36,222 nt of DNA from assembly GCA_040905425.1 (NCBI GenBank), contig JBBDRO010000101.1, positions 29,005 through 65,226 of the forward strand. The letters run 5' to 3'. This stretch comes from Gemmatimonadota bacterium (GTDB lineage Bacteria; Gemmatimonadota; Gemmatimonadetes; Longimicrobiales; RSA9). Positions 11,269-20,264 of this stretch are shown here, one piece after another. Both the position numbers and the translations under genes were made by a program. The notes beneath the pieces are model-generated. The model saw nothing but the letters and a program-made list of their open reading frames with translations. It did not search any database and was not told the origin of the DNA. How positions within the stretch are numbered: position 1 is the first letter of the stretch; each line of letters starts with the position of its first letter.

Positions 11269-11886
11269 GTGAGCCTTGCTTCCCTCCCCCGCCCCGCGGC
11301 GGGTGCCGCGCTGCTGGTCCTGACGCTGCTGGTCCTGACGCTGCTGGTCACGGCGTGTGGCCGCGGACCCACCGCCCCCGTGGATACGGACACCTTCGTG
11401 GACGCCGTGGCGGCGCTGCGCATCGCCGCCGTCACGGCGAAAACGCCCGAGGAGTACGACCTCGGGCGGGCGGAGGTGCTGGCGGAGCTGGGGGTCACCG
11501 AGGCGGAGCTGCGCGCCTACGTGGACGCGTGGGCCGACGATCCGGCGCACATGGCGCGGGTGTGGAGCGCCGTCCGGGAGACCCTTGGGGAGCGCGCCGA
11601 CCGGGCGAGTGATCTGGAGCTGAAGGAGGGGCTGGTGCCGCCGGAGGAAGGGGACCTCGAGCCGGACGCGGAGCCGCCCGGCCCCGGCGGGGACCGCGCC
11701 GGTCCGCCGGGTGAGCGCGAACTGCCCCGACTGCCCCCCGGCCCCGGCGGGGACCGCGCCGGTCCGCCGGGCGACCGCGAGCGGCCGCTCCCGCGACTGC
11801 CGCCAGACACATCCGCTGAGGCCGCGGGGGTACGCCCCGCCTACTCCCACTCGATGGTGGCGGGCGGCTTCGAGCTCACGTCGTAG
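11269..11886 (+). CDS. Lipoprotein, DUF4296-like, with Pro/Gly-rich repeat tail
   Basis: GTG 11269 after AGGGA; hydrophobic stretch and lipobox LVTA-C; helical motif [31 protein letters not shown] resembles DUF4296. Stop overlaps the convergent guaA 3' end by 46 bp. Confidence 0.7.
   Translation: MSLASLPRPAAGAALLVLTLLVLTLLVTACGRGPTAPVDTDTFVDAVAALRIAAVTAKTPEEYDLGRAEVLAELGVTEAELRAYVDAWADDPAHMARVWSAVRETLGERADRASDLELKEGLVPPEEGDLEPDAEPPGPGGDRAGPPGERELPRLPPGPGGDRAGPPGDRERPLPRLPPDTSAEAAGVRPAYSHSMVAGGFELTS
11311..11349 (+). repeat. 15-bp tandem repeat CTGCTGGTCCTGACG (2.6 copies) in the lipoprotein signal peptide
   Basis: Encodes [13 protein letters not shown]. Confidence 0.9.
11677..11771. repeat. 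35-bp perfect direct repeat (60-bp period), each copy an imperfect palindrome
   Basis: CCCGGCCCCGGCGGGGACCGCGCCGGTCCGCCGGG at 11677-11711 and 11737-11771; CCGGC(GG)GGACC can pair with GGTCCGCCGG. Confidence 0.9.
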
Positions 11887-13382
11887 ACCACCCGGTTCAC
11901 GCCGGTCACCTCGTTGATGATGCGCGAGGACATGCGGCCCAACACGTCCGGCGGGAAAGGGAACCAGTCCGCGGTCATGCCATCCCGGCTGGTGACCGCC
12001 CGGAGCGCCAGCACGTTCTCGTAGGTGCGCGCGTCTCCCATGACGCCTACGCTGCTCACCGGCAGGAGCACGGCAAAGGCCTGCCAGATGTCATCGTAGA
12101 GGCCCGCGGCCCGGATCTCCTCCAGATAGATGGCGTCCGCTTCGCGCAGCACGTCCAGCCGCTCGCGCGTGACTTCACCCAGTACGCGAATGGCCAGCCC
12201 CGGCCCGGGGAAGGGATGGCGCCCCACCAGCTCCTCCGGCAGGCCCAGCTCGCGGCCCACCTGGCGCACCTCGTCCTTGAAGAGTTCGCGGAGCGGCTCC
12301 ACCAGCTCCAGCGCCATGTCCTCGGGGAGGCCGCCCACGTTGTGGTGGGACTTGATGACGGCCGACGGGCCGCGCACCGACTCGGACTCGATGACGTCCG
12401 GGTAGAGCGTGCCCTGCACCAGGAAGCGGGCGTTGTCGGCGTGCGCGGCGGCCGCCTCCTCGAAGACGCGGATGAACACCTCACCGATGCCCTTGCGCTT
12501 CTCCTCCGGGTCGGTGACGCCCGCCAGGCGGTCCAGGAAGCGGTCGGCGGCGTCCACCACCACCAGGTGCGCGTGCAGGTGCCGCCGGAAGGCGCGCTCC
12601 ACGCCTTCCCGCTCCGCCTTCCGCAGCACACCGTTGTCCACGAAGATGCAGGTGAGCTGGTCCCCCACCGCCTTCAGCATGAGCGCTGCCGCCACCGAGG
12701 AGTCCACGCCTCCCGACAGGCCGCAGATGACGCGCTCGCCGCCCACCTGCTCGTGGATGCGCGCTACCGCCTCGTCGATGAAGTGCCCGGTCGTCCAGGT
12801 GGGCTCGCAGCCGGCAATGCGGAAGAGGAAGTTGGAGATGATCTCGTCACCGCGCGGCGTGTGGGCCACCTCGGGATGGAACTGCACGCCGAACAGCGGC
12901 CGGTCCACCGCGCGGAAGGCGGCCACCGGCAGATCGGCGGTAGCGGCCAGCGCCCGGAACCCGGGCGGCGGCTCGTTGACATGGTCCCCGTGGCTGGCCC
13001 ACACGGTGACCTGCTCACCATGGCGGAAACCGGTGAAGAGATCGTCGTCCATGTCGATGCGGATCTCCGCGCGGCCGTACTCGCGTTTGCCCGGCACCAC
13101 CTGCCCGCCGTGGGCGTGCGCCATGAGCTGCATGCCGTAGCAGATGCCGAGCACCGGAATGCCCAGGTCGTAGAGCTCACGCGGGGCGGTGGGCACCTCG
13201 GCGCCGTAGACCGACGCCGGCCCCCCCGAGAGGATGATGCCGCGCGGCGCCCACTCCCGGATCCACTCCAGCGGCACGGTGGGCGGATGGATCTCACAGT
13301 AGACGCGCTCCTCCCGGATGCGCCGGGCAATGAGCTGCGTGAACTGCGAGCCGTAGTCGAGGATCAGGATCTGGTTTTCCAC
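11841..13382 (-). CDS. guaA: GMP synthase (glutamine-hydrolysing)
   Basis: [45 protein letters not shown]-terminal KPPATIEWE. Confidence 0.98.
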   Translation of the reverse strand: MENQILILDYGSQFTQLIARRIREERVYCEIHPPTVPLEWIREWAPRGIILSGGPASVYGAEVPTAPRELYDLGIPVLGICYGMQLMAHAHGGQVVPGKREYGRAEIRIDMDDDLFTGFRHGEQVTVWASHGDHVNEPPPGFRALAATADLPVAAFRAVDRPLFGVQFHPEVAHTPRGDEIISNFLFRIAGCEPTWTTGHFIDEAVARIHEQVGGERVICGLSGGVDSSVAAALMLKAVGDQLTCIFVDNGVLRKAEREGVERAFRRHLHAHLVVVDAADRFLDRLAGVTDPEEKRKGIGEVFIRVFEEAAAAHADNARFLVQGTLYPDVIESESVRGPSAVIKSHHNVGGLPEDMALELVEPLRELFKDEVRQVGRELGLPEELVGRHPFPGPGLAIRVLGEVTRERLDVLREADAIYLEEIRAAGLYDDIWQAFAVLLPVSSVGVMGDARTYENVLALRAVTSRDGMTADWFPFPPDVLGRMSSRIINEVTGVNRVVYDVSSKPPATIEWE

Positions 13383-13397
13383 GCCTGCCGTTCCGGG

Positions 13398-14681
13398 TCA
13401 GATGATGGCTGCCGCGCGGGGCGCGTCCAGCAGCTCGAGCTCGCCACGCATGAGGTCCTCGTGCGTCTCGCGGCGGCGGATGAGTCGCGCCTGCCCGCCC
13501 TCCACCAGCACCTCCGCCGGGCGCGGCCGCGCATTGTAGGAGGAGGCCATGCTGAAGCCGTACGCGCCCGTGGCGCCGATGGCCAGGAGCTCGCCGGGCT
13601 CGGGCCGCTCCAGCGCCCGGTCCAGCGCCAGGAAGTCCCCGCTCTCGCAGATGGGGCCCACCACGTCCACGGTGGCGGGCTCGCGCTCGGGGTGCTGCAG
13701 GGCCGGCACCACCGCGTGATAGCTGGCGTAGTGGCTGGGACGCAGCAGGTCATTCATGCCGGCGTCCGTGATGACGAAGGTCTTGCCGCCCATCTCCTTG
13801 ACGTAGACGATGCGTGCCAGCAGCACCCCCGCGGGCCCCACGATGAAGCGCCCGGGCTCCAGCACCAGACGCATGCCCGAGCGCTCCACGAGCGGCAGCA
13901 GCGCCGCGGCGAACCCGGCGGCGTCCACGCCCGCCTCGTCCTGGTAGGCAATGCCGAAGCCACCACCCAGGTCCAGGTACTCCGGGCTGATGCCGTCGGC
14001 GCGCAGTGCGGCCACGAGCTCCAGGACGCGCTCGAGCGCGGCCACGTAGGGGCCGGTCTCCAGGATCTGGCTGCCGATGTGCACGTCCACGCCCCGCACC
14101 TCCACACCGGGCAGCGCGGCGGCCCGGCGGTAGAGCGCGTGCGCGTCGGCGAAGGGGATGCCGAATTTGGTCTGCGAGTGCCCCGTGCGGGTGTATGCGT
14201 GAGGCGTGGGTGAATGGATGTCCGGATTCACCCGCAGCGCCACCGGCGCACGCACGCCCATGGTGACGGCCAGTTCCGAGAGGGCGCGCAGCTCACCCGC
14301 GCTCTCCACGTTGAAGCCGTAGATGCCGGCCTCCAGCCCCGCCGCCAGCTCCGTCACCGTCTTGCCCACCCCGCTGAAGACCGTGCGCTCCGGCGCAATC
14401 CCTGCCGCCCGCACGCGGGCCAGCTCGCCGCCGCTCACGATGTCGGCGCCGGCGCCGAGCTCCGCGAGCACCCGCAGGATGGAGAGGTTGCCATTGGACT
14501 TCACGGAAAACGCTACCAGCGGATCCGCCGGCGCGAAGGCTGCCGCGAAGACCCGGTAGCGCTCCTCGATGGTGGCCCGGCTGTAGACATAGAGCGGTGT
14601 GCCGTGCTCGGCCACCAGCGCCTCCACCGGCAGCTCCTCGCAGTGCAGCCGCCCGTGGCGGTGCTCGAAATGGCCGTTCAC
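13398..14681 (-). CDS. lysA: Diaminopimelate decarboxylase
   Basis: Start re-called to GTG 14681, just after the proS stop. GTPLYVYS, FSVKSN (PLP lysine), HIGSQ, DLGGG, EPGR, GPICESGD, GAYG..SSYN motifs. Confidence 0.95.
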   Translation of the reverse strand: MNGHFEHRHGRLHCEELPVEALVAEHGTPLYVYSRATIEERYRVFAAAFAPADPLVAFSVKSNGNLSILRVLAELGAGADIVSGGELARVRAAGIAPERTVFSGVGKTVTELAAGLEAGIYGFNVESAGELRALSELAVTMGVRAPVALRVNPDIHSPTPHAYTRTGHSQTKFGIPFADAHALYRRAAALPGVEVRGVDVHIGSQILETGPYVAALERVLELVAALRADGISPEYLDLGGGFGIAYQDEAGVDAAGFAAALLPLVERSGMRLVLEPGRFIVGPAGVLLARIVYVKEMGGKTFVITDAGMNDLLRPSHYASYHAVVPALQHPEREPATVDVVGPICESGDFLALDRALERPEPGELLAIGATGAYGFSMASSYNARPRPAEVLVEGGQARLIRRRETHEDLMRGELELLDAPRAAAII

Positions 14682-14682
14682 G

Positions 14683-16185
14683 TCAGTAGGCCCGGGCCCA
14701 GACGGCCTCCTCCTCTGCGCGCTCACCGCACACCAGGCAGGCGGTGGGCGGCTCGGGGGAGCGGAACTCCTCGAACGGGATGAGGCGGATGGTGGCCTTG
14801 GTGTCCGCCTTGGCCCTGGCCTCGCACTCGGCGGACCCGCACCAGCCGGCATACACGAAGCCGCCTTCCCCCTCCATGATCTCCTGGAAGCGCGCGTAGT
14901 CCGTAATGCCGCGGTGGCTGCCCGCCTCGCGCCGGGCCAGGGAGGCCTCTTTCAGCCAGCGCTGCAGGGCGTCCAGGCGGCCCTGGATGGTCATGAGCGC
15001 CACCGCCTCGTGGATGCTCTCCTTGCGCGGCGTACCCTCCATCTCCACGCGCGTGACCAGCATGACCTTCTGCGCGGCCACGTCCCGCGGGCCGATCTCG
15101 ATGCGCAGCGGCACACCCTTGTGCTCCCACTCGTAGAACTTGGGTCCGGGCTTCAGGTGGTCACGCGCGTCCACATGCACCCGCAGCCGTTCCTGGCGCA
15201 GCTCGCTGGCCATGCGCTCCGCCTTCTCCATCACCAGCGCCCGCTCGTCGTCGGAGCGGTAGATGGGCACGACCACCACGTGGTAGGGGGCCAGCCGCGG
15301 CGGCATGACCATGCCGGCGTCATCCCCGTGGGTCATGACCAGCGCTCCCACCAGCCGGGTGGTGGCGCCCCAGGAGGTGTTCCAGGCGTACTCCACGCCG
15401 CCGCTCTCCGCCTGGAATTTGAGATCGAACTGCCTGGCAAAGTTCTGCCCCAGCATGTGGGATGTGCCGGCCTGCAGCGCCTTGCCGTCCTGCATGAGCG
15501 CTTCACAGGTGTAGGTGTGGTCGGCGCCGGGGAACTTCTCCGCCTCGGTCTTGCGGCCGATGAGCACGGGCATGCCCATCCAGTTCTCCATGAAGTCCCG
15601 GTAGACGCCGAGCATGCGGAGCGCTTCCTCCTCGGCCTCGGCGCGCGTGGCGTGCGCCGTGTGGCCCTCCTGCCAGAGGAACTCCAGCGTGCGCAGGAAG
15701 AGCCGCGTGCGCATCTCCCAGCGCACCACGTTGGCCCACTGATTGATCAGGATGGGCAGATCGCGGTGGCTCCGCACCCACTTGGAGAAGGCGTCGTAGA
15801 TGATGGTCTCCGACGTGGGGCGCACCACGAGCGGCTCCTCCAGTTTGGACGCCGGATCCGGAACCAGGCCGCCCTCGCCGTCGGAGATCAGCCGGGAGTG
15901 GGTGACAATGGCCATCTCCTTGGCAAAGCCCTCCACGTGGCGCGCCTCCCGGCTGAAGAAGCTCAGCGGGATGAAGAGCGGGAAGTAGGCGTTCTGGTGC
16001 CCGGTGGCCTTGAACATGTCATCCAGTGCCCGCTGCATGTTCTCCCACAGCGCGTAGCCGTAGGGCCGGATCACCATGCTGCCGCGCACCGGGGAGTGGT
16101 CCGCCAGCTCGGCGCGCTGCACCACCTCGTTGTACCAGGCCGAGAAATCGTCCGCCCGCGTGGTCAGTCTCTTGTTGTCCGCCAT
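14683..16185 (-). CDS. proS: Proline--tRNA ligase, archaeal/eukaryote-like type
   Basis: DFSAWY, RPTSET, QWANVVRWE, FLRTLEFLWQEGHT, QAGTSH; no INS editing domain; four-Cys C-terminal domain ending ARAY. Confidence 0.97.
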   Translation of the reverse strand: MADNKRLTTRADDFSAWYNEVVQRAELADHSPVRGSMVIRPYGYALWENMQRALDDMFKATGHQNAYFPLFIPLSFFSREARHVEGFAKEMAIVTHSRLISDGEGGLVPDPASKLEEPLVVRPTSETIIYDAFSKWVRSHRDLPILINQWANVVRWEMRTRLFLRTLEFLWQEGHTAHATRAEAEEEALRMLGVYRDFMENWMGMPVLIGRKTEAEKFPGADHTYTCEALMQDGKALQAGTSHMLGQNFARQFDLKFQAESGGVEYAWNTSWGATTRLVGALVMTHGDDAGMVMPPRLAPYHVVVVPIYRSDDERALVMEKAERMASELRQERLRVHVDARDHLKPGPKFYEWEHKGVPLRIEIGPRDVAAQKVMLVTRVEMEGTPRKESIHEAVALMTIQGRLDALQRWLKEASLARREAGSHRGITDYARFQEIMEGEGGFVYAGWCGSAECEARAKADTKATIRLIPFEEFRSPEPPTACLVCGERAEEEAVWARAY

Positions 16186-16267
16186 GTCTCCCGCATTCCT
16201 GGCATCGTTTCAAAGCGACGTCCCCCGTCGCCTCCCCGGGGGCGTAGCGTGCCCCCACGCGCGCTCC

Positions 16268-16537
16268 TCAGTCCTCGTGGCCGCGGGCTCCGCCCGCGCC
16301 CCTGGTGCGCCACACGGTCACCAGCGCGGGCGGCACCAGCACCAGCGCGGCCAGGACGAGCCAGAGCGTGAGAAAGCCGCCCGCGCGCCGGGTGATGAGC
16401 CAGGCAATGAGCGCTGTGCCGCCCAGCCCCAGCGCCACCGTGAAGAGGATCAGCCCCGCCAGATAGAGGTTGGCCCGGCGCAGGAGCGCGCGCCGGGCCC
16501 GCCGCTCCTCCTCCGAGGATCCAGGCACGCGGGCCAT
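16268..16537 (-). CDS. Small hypothetical membrane protein (two TM helices)
   Basis: 89 aa; start coupled to the hisS stop (TGATG); two hydrophobic segments flanked by Arg clusters. Confidence 0.75.
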   Translation of the reverse strand: MARVPGSSEEERRARRALLRRANLYLAGLILFTVALGLGGTALIAWLITRRAGGFLTLWLVLAALVLVPPALVTVWRTRGAGGARGHED

Positions 16538-17826
16538 CAGCCGGCCTCCAGGAGCAGCTCGGCGAGCGGCACCCGCTGCTCTTCTCCGGCGCTCATGTCA
16601 CGCACCACGGCCACGCCCGCGGCCACCTCGTCGGGGCCCAGCACCACCACGCGGGCCGCGCCGCGCGCGTCGGCGTTCTTGAACTGCCGGCCCATGCCGG
16701 CGCCGCGCAGGTCGTAGCCCACCGACCACCCGGCGGCGCGCAACGCCTGCGCCACGCGGCGGCCGAGTGGCCGTTCGGCCTCCGACACGCATACCACGTA
16801 GTAGTCCACGCGCGGCGCTGTGTCCGGCAGCAGCCCGTGCTCGGCCAGCAGTTCGCGCAGCACCACGTCCCCCATGCCGAAGCCCACGGCCGGCAGGTCA
16901 GAGCCGCCCAGCGCGCCCAGCAAGCGGTCGTAGCGCCCGCCACCGCAGATGGCGCGCAACTCACCCTGCCGATCGAAGATCTCGAACACGGTGCCCGTGT
17001 AGTAGGCCAGCCCGCGTACGATGGAGGGATCGAAGCGGACCCAGGCGCCGAACCCCAGCTCGGCCAGCACGGCGCCGTACGTCTCCAGGCGCTCCACCTC
17101 GGCGGCCACCGCGGGCACGCCGCCCCACCGCTCCGCCACGTCAGCCAGCTCCGTCATGGCGGGCAGCTCCAGGACGGTGGCCACCGCCGCCGGCGTGAGC
17201 CCCGCCTCCGTCTCCAGCCGCTCGCGCGTCCGCTCCGCGCTCTCGCGGCCCAGCTTGTCGATCACGGCGTAGGTGGCGGCCAGCGCCTCGTCGGGCACGC
17301 CGCCGTGGCGCAGCACCGCCTCGAGCAGCCGCCGGTCATTGAAGCGCGCCACCACGTGCTCGGCGCCTAGGCCGAGCTGGCGGAGCGCGTCCAGCGCCAC
17401 GGCCAGCACCTCGGCGTCCGCCTCGATGGCCCCCTCACCCAGGATGTCCACGTTCCACTGGAAATGCTCCCGCAGGCGTCCCCGCTGCGTGCGCTCGTAG
17501 CGGAAGAGCTGGGGCACGGTGAACCAGCGCACCGGCTTGCGCAGCGAACCGGCGCGCGCGCCCGCCATGCGCGCCAGCGTGGGCGTCATCTCGGGGCGGA
17601 GCGCCACCTGCCGGCCGCCCTTGTCCTCGAAGGCGTAGAGCTGCCCAACGATCTCCTGGCCGCTCTTCTCGGTGTAGAGATCGAGCGGCTCCAGCGGTGG
17701 ACCGTCGTACTCCTCGAAGCCGTAGCGGCGTGCCACGTCCCGCCAGGCGTGCACGATGTGCGCGCGGACGGTGAAGTCCTCGGGATAGAAATCGCGGAAG
17801 CCCGGCAGGGCGCTATGGTTCGGCAT
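16537..17826 (-). CDS. hisS: Histidine--tRNA ligase
   Basis: Start re-called to ATG 17826. PGFRDF, LRPEMTP, FRYERTQRGRLREHFQ, VRGLAYYTG, GGGRYD motifs. Confidence 0.97.
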   Translation of the reverse strand: MPNHSALPGFRDFYPEDFTVRAHIVHAWRDVARRYGFEEYDGPPLEPLDLYTEKSGQEIVGQLYAFEDKGGRQVALRPEMTPTLARMAGARAGSLRKPVRWFTVPQLFRYERTQRGRLREHFQWNVDILGEGAIEADAEVLAVALDALRQLGLGAEHVVARFNDRRLLEAVLRHGGVPDEALAATYAVIDKLGRESAERTRERLETEAGLTPAAVATVLELPAMTELADVAERWGGVPAVAAEVERLETYGAVLAELGFGAWVRFDPSIVRGLAYYTGTVFEIFDRQGELRAICGGGRYDRLLGALGGSDLPAVGFGMGDVVLRELLAEHGLLPDTAPRVDYYVVCVSEAERPLGRRVAQALRAAGWSVGYDLRGAGMGRQFKNADARGAARVVVLGPDEVAAGVAVVRDMSAGEEQRVPLAELLLEAG

Positions 17827-17833
17827 GGCCGCG

Positions 17834-17861
17834 AATCTAGCGGACCTGCCCCTCCCGTCAA
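17834..17861 (-). promoter_or_regulatory. sigma70-like promoter of hisS, probably leaderless
   Basis: TTGACG (17861-17856, containing the folC stop), 16-nt spacer, TAGATT (17839-17834), 7 nt, then ATG; no SD. Confidence 0.65.
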
Positions 17862-19219
17862 CGCGCGAAAGCGGGCGCCCGCACCGCCAGGTCCCCGCCC
17901 CACGGCGCGCGGCCCAGCGCCAGCAGGGCATCCCCAACCGTGTGGAAGGAGCCGGTCACCAGCACGGTGCCCGGCCGACGGCCCGCCGGCGCGCCCGGCA
18001 CACCTGACCGCGCCAGCTCCTGTGCGCGCTCCAGCGCGGTGGTGAAATCCGCCACCGCTTCCGCGTGCGCCGCGGGGAAGGCCTCCAGCACGACCTGCGG
18101 CTCCCAGCGCCGCTCGGCGGGGGCGCTCGGCGGCAGCGTGAGGACGGCGGCGTCCACGGCGGCGTAAAGCGGCGCCAGCATGCCACGCCAGTCCTTGTCC
18201 CCCAGCACGCCAATGAGCGCCACGATGGGACGCGCGGGCCTCAGCGCCTCGAGCGCCGCGCCCAGCGCCTCTGCGCCGGCCACGTTGTGCGCCACGTCGA
18301 AGAGCCACGGCACGCCGGCCACCTCCTCCGCCTGCAGCCGGCCCGGCCAGCGCACGCCCGCGAATCCCTCCACCAGCGCCGCGCTGGACGGCCGCATCGA
18401 GGTGGGCAGATGTTCCAGCGCCAGGCCGGCCAGCGCGGCGTTCAGCACCTGGTGCGCGCCGGGCAGTGGCACGGCCAGCTCCAGGGTGCCCCAGGCCTCC
18501 GTCTCCAACGCCAGCTCGCTCAGTCGGGAACCCAGGTGGCGCGTGTGCACCCGCCCCAGGTCCAGCTCGTGGAGCGGCGCTCCCACCTCGGCGGCGCGGC
18601 GGCGGAAGACGCCGAGCGGGGCCGCGGCCGTCTCCGCCGTGACGGCCGGCACGCCGGCCTTGATGATGCCGGCCTTCTCCTGCGCCACCGCCGCGAGGCT
18701 GTCTCCCAGGAGCTGCACGTGGTCCAGGGTCACGTTGGTCAGCACCACCAGGTCGGGCCGCACCACGTTGGTGGCGTCCAGCCGGCCGCCGAGGCCCACC
18801 TCCACCACCGCCACCGCCACGCCGGCCTCGGCCAGCGCCAGCAGTCCCATGGCCGTCGTGGTCTCGAAGAAGGAGGGCTGGAGGCGCTCCACGAGCGGCC
18901 AGAGCCGCTCGGCCGCGGCCACCAGCGACCCCTCGGAGAGCGGCACGCCGCCCACCTGGACGCGCTCACGTAGGGTGCACAGGTGCGGCGAGGTGTAGAG
19001 CCCGGTGCGGTGGCCGGCGGCGCGCAGCGCACCTTCCAGCAGGGCCGCTACCGAGCCTTTGCCGTTGGTCCCGCCCACGTGGATGGTGGCGTAGGAGAGG
19101 TGCGGATTGCCTACCGACTCGAGTAGTTGCTCGGTGCGGTCCAGGCCCCAGCGGATGCCGCCGGTGAGCCGCGGGAAGAGCTCGGCTACGAGGTCCGGGT
19201 AGGTGAGGGTGCCGCTCAC
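17858..19219 (-). CDS. folC: Bifunctional folylpolyglutamate synthase/dihydrofolate synthase
   Basis: HVGGTNGKGS, YTSPHL, FFE, EVGLGGRLDATN, EKAGIIK, WPGR, DVAHN, TGSF motifs. Confidence 0.96.
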   Translation of the reverse strand: MSGTLTYPDLVAELFPRLTGGIRWGLDRTEQLLESVGNPHLSYATIHVGGTNGKGSVAALLEGALRAAGHRTGLYTSPHLCTLRERVQVGGVPLSEGSLVAAAERLWPLVERLQPSFFETTTAMGLLALAEAGVAVAVVEVGLGGRLDATNVVRPDLVVLTNVTLDHVQLLGDSLAAVAQEKAGIIKAGVPAVTAETAAAPLGVFRRRAAEVGAPLHELDLGRVHTRHLGSRLSELALETEAWGTLELAVPLPGAHQVLNAALAGLALEHLPTSMRPSSAALVEGFAGVRWPGRLQAEEVAGVPWLFDVAHNVAGAEALGAALEALRPARPIVALIGVLGDKDWRGMLAPLYAAVDAAVLTLPPSAPAERRWEPQVVLEAFPAAHAEAVADFTTALERAQELARSGVPGAPAGRRPGTVLVTGSFHTVGDALLALGRAPWGGDLAVRAPAFAR

Positions 19220-19246
19220 GGGCGTGGCGGCCGTGCGCGGGGTGCG

Positions 19247-20185
19247 CTACACCCCGGGGGCGCCCACATGCCCCGCGCCTGCATTCCCCGCGCCGTCATC
19301 GTCCGCGGGCTCGTCCGCCTGACCCTCCGCCGGCGGCGGCGCTTCCAGCCCCTGCATGTGGCGCAGCAGCCGCGCCACGGTGTCCTTCAGCCGGCGCCGG
19401 TCCACGATGCGGTCCACCATACCGTGCTCGAGCAGGAACTCGGAGCGCTGGAACCCTTCGGGCAGCTCCTGCTTGATGGTCTGCTCGATGACGCGCGGGC
19501 CGGCAAAGCCCACCAGCGCGCCGGGCTCGGCCAGGATGACGTCACCCAGCATGGCGTAGGAGGCCGTCACGCCGCCCGTGGTGGGATCCGTGAGGATGGA
19601 GACGAAGGGGATGCCCGCCTCGTGAAGCTGCGCGAGGGCGGCGGAGGTCTTGGCCATCTGCATGAGGGAGAGGATGCCCTCCATCATGCGCGCGCCGCCG
19701 GAGGCGCTCAGGATGAGGAGCGGCACCCGCCGCTCCAGCGCCACGTGCACCAGGCGCGCGATCTTCTCCCCCACCACGGAGCCCATGCTGCCGCCAATGA
19801 AGGCAAAGTCCATGACGGCCAGGCAGACGGGCATGCCCGCCAGCGTGCCCTCCACCGTGCGCACGGCGTCCCCATGGCCGACCTTGCGCTCGGCGGCGGC
19901 CAGGCGGTCCGGATACGGCTTCAGGTCCACGAACTCCAGCGGGTCGGCGCTGCGCACCTCGGAGAAGCGCTCCTCGTAGGCGCCCTCGTCCAGGAGGATG
20001 CGCAGGTAGTCCTCCGCGCTGACCCGCAGGTGATGGGCGCAGACCGGACACACACTGAGGTTCTGCTCCAGGCGGGCGCGATAGAGGATCTCGCCGCAGT
20101 CGGGGCACTTGTCGAAGACGTCGGCGGGCAGATCCCGGCGATCCGCCGACGTGAGCTTCTGTTTGGGTTTACGGAACCAGCTCAT
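19247..20185 (-). CDS. accD: Acetyl-CoA carboxylase carboxyltransferase beta subunit
   Basis: Start re-called to ATG 20185 after GAGG. Zinc finger CPDC...CPVC, GGSMG, SGGARMMEG..SLMQMAK, PTTGGVTASYA, GFAGPRVIEQT. Confidence 0.97.
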   Translation of the reverse strand: MSWFRKPKQKLTSADRRDLPADVFDKCPDCGEILYRARLEQNLSVCPVCAHHLRVSAEDYLRILLDEGAYEERFSEVRSADPLEFVDLKPYPDRLAAAERKVGHGDAVRTVEGTLAGMPVCLAVMDFAFIGGSMGSVVGEKIARLVHVALERRVPLLILSASGGARMMEGILSLMQMAKTSAALAQLHEAGIPFVSILTDPTTGGVTASYAMLGDVILAEPGALVGFAGPRVIEQTIKQELPEGFQRSEFLLEHGMVDRIVDRRRLKDTVARLLRHMQGLEAPPPAEGQADEPADDDGAGNAGAGHVGAPGV

Positions 20186-20264
20186 CTCGTACCTCGGCGC
20201 CGCGCCCGGAGGAGCGCGGCGCCTGGATGATGAAACGCGCGGGGTGCCGCGCGGGGACGTCGCC

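Noticed and set aside
11677..11771. 35-bp palindromic repeats with a 25-bp spacer as a mini CRISPR array
   Set aside because: Only two copies, extremely GC-rich, in-frame 60-bp period with similar flanking sequence, and no cas genes or AT-rich leader.
16207..16225. Motif GCGACGTCCCC shared with 20253-20263
   Set aside because: An 11-bp GC-rich match in opposite orientation relative to transcription, one copy abutting the rodA stop; compatible with chance.
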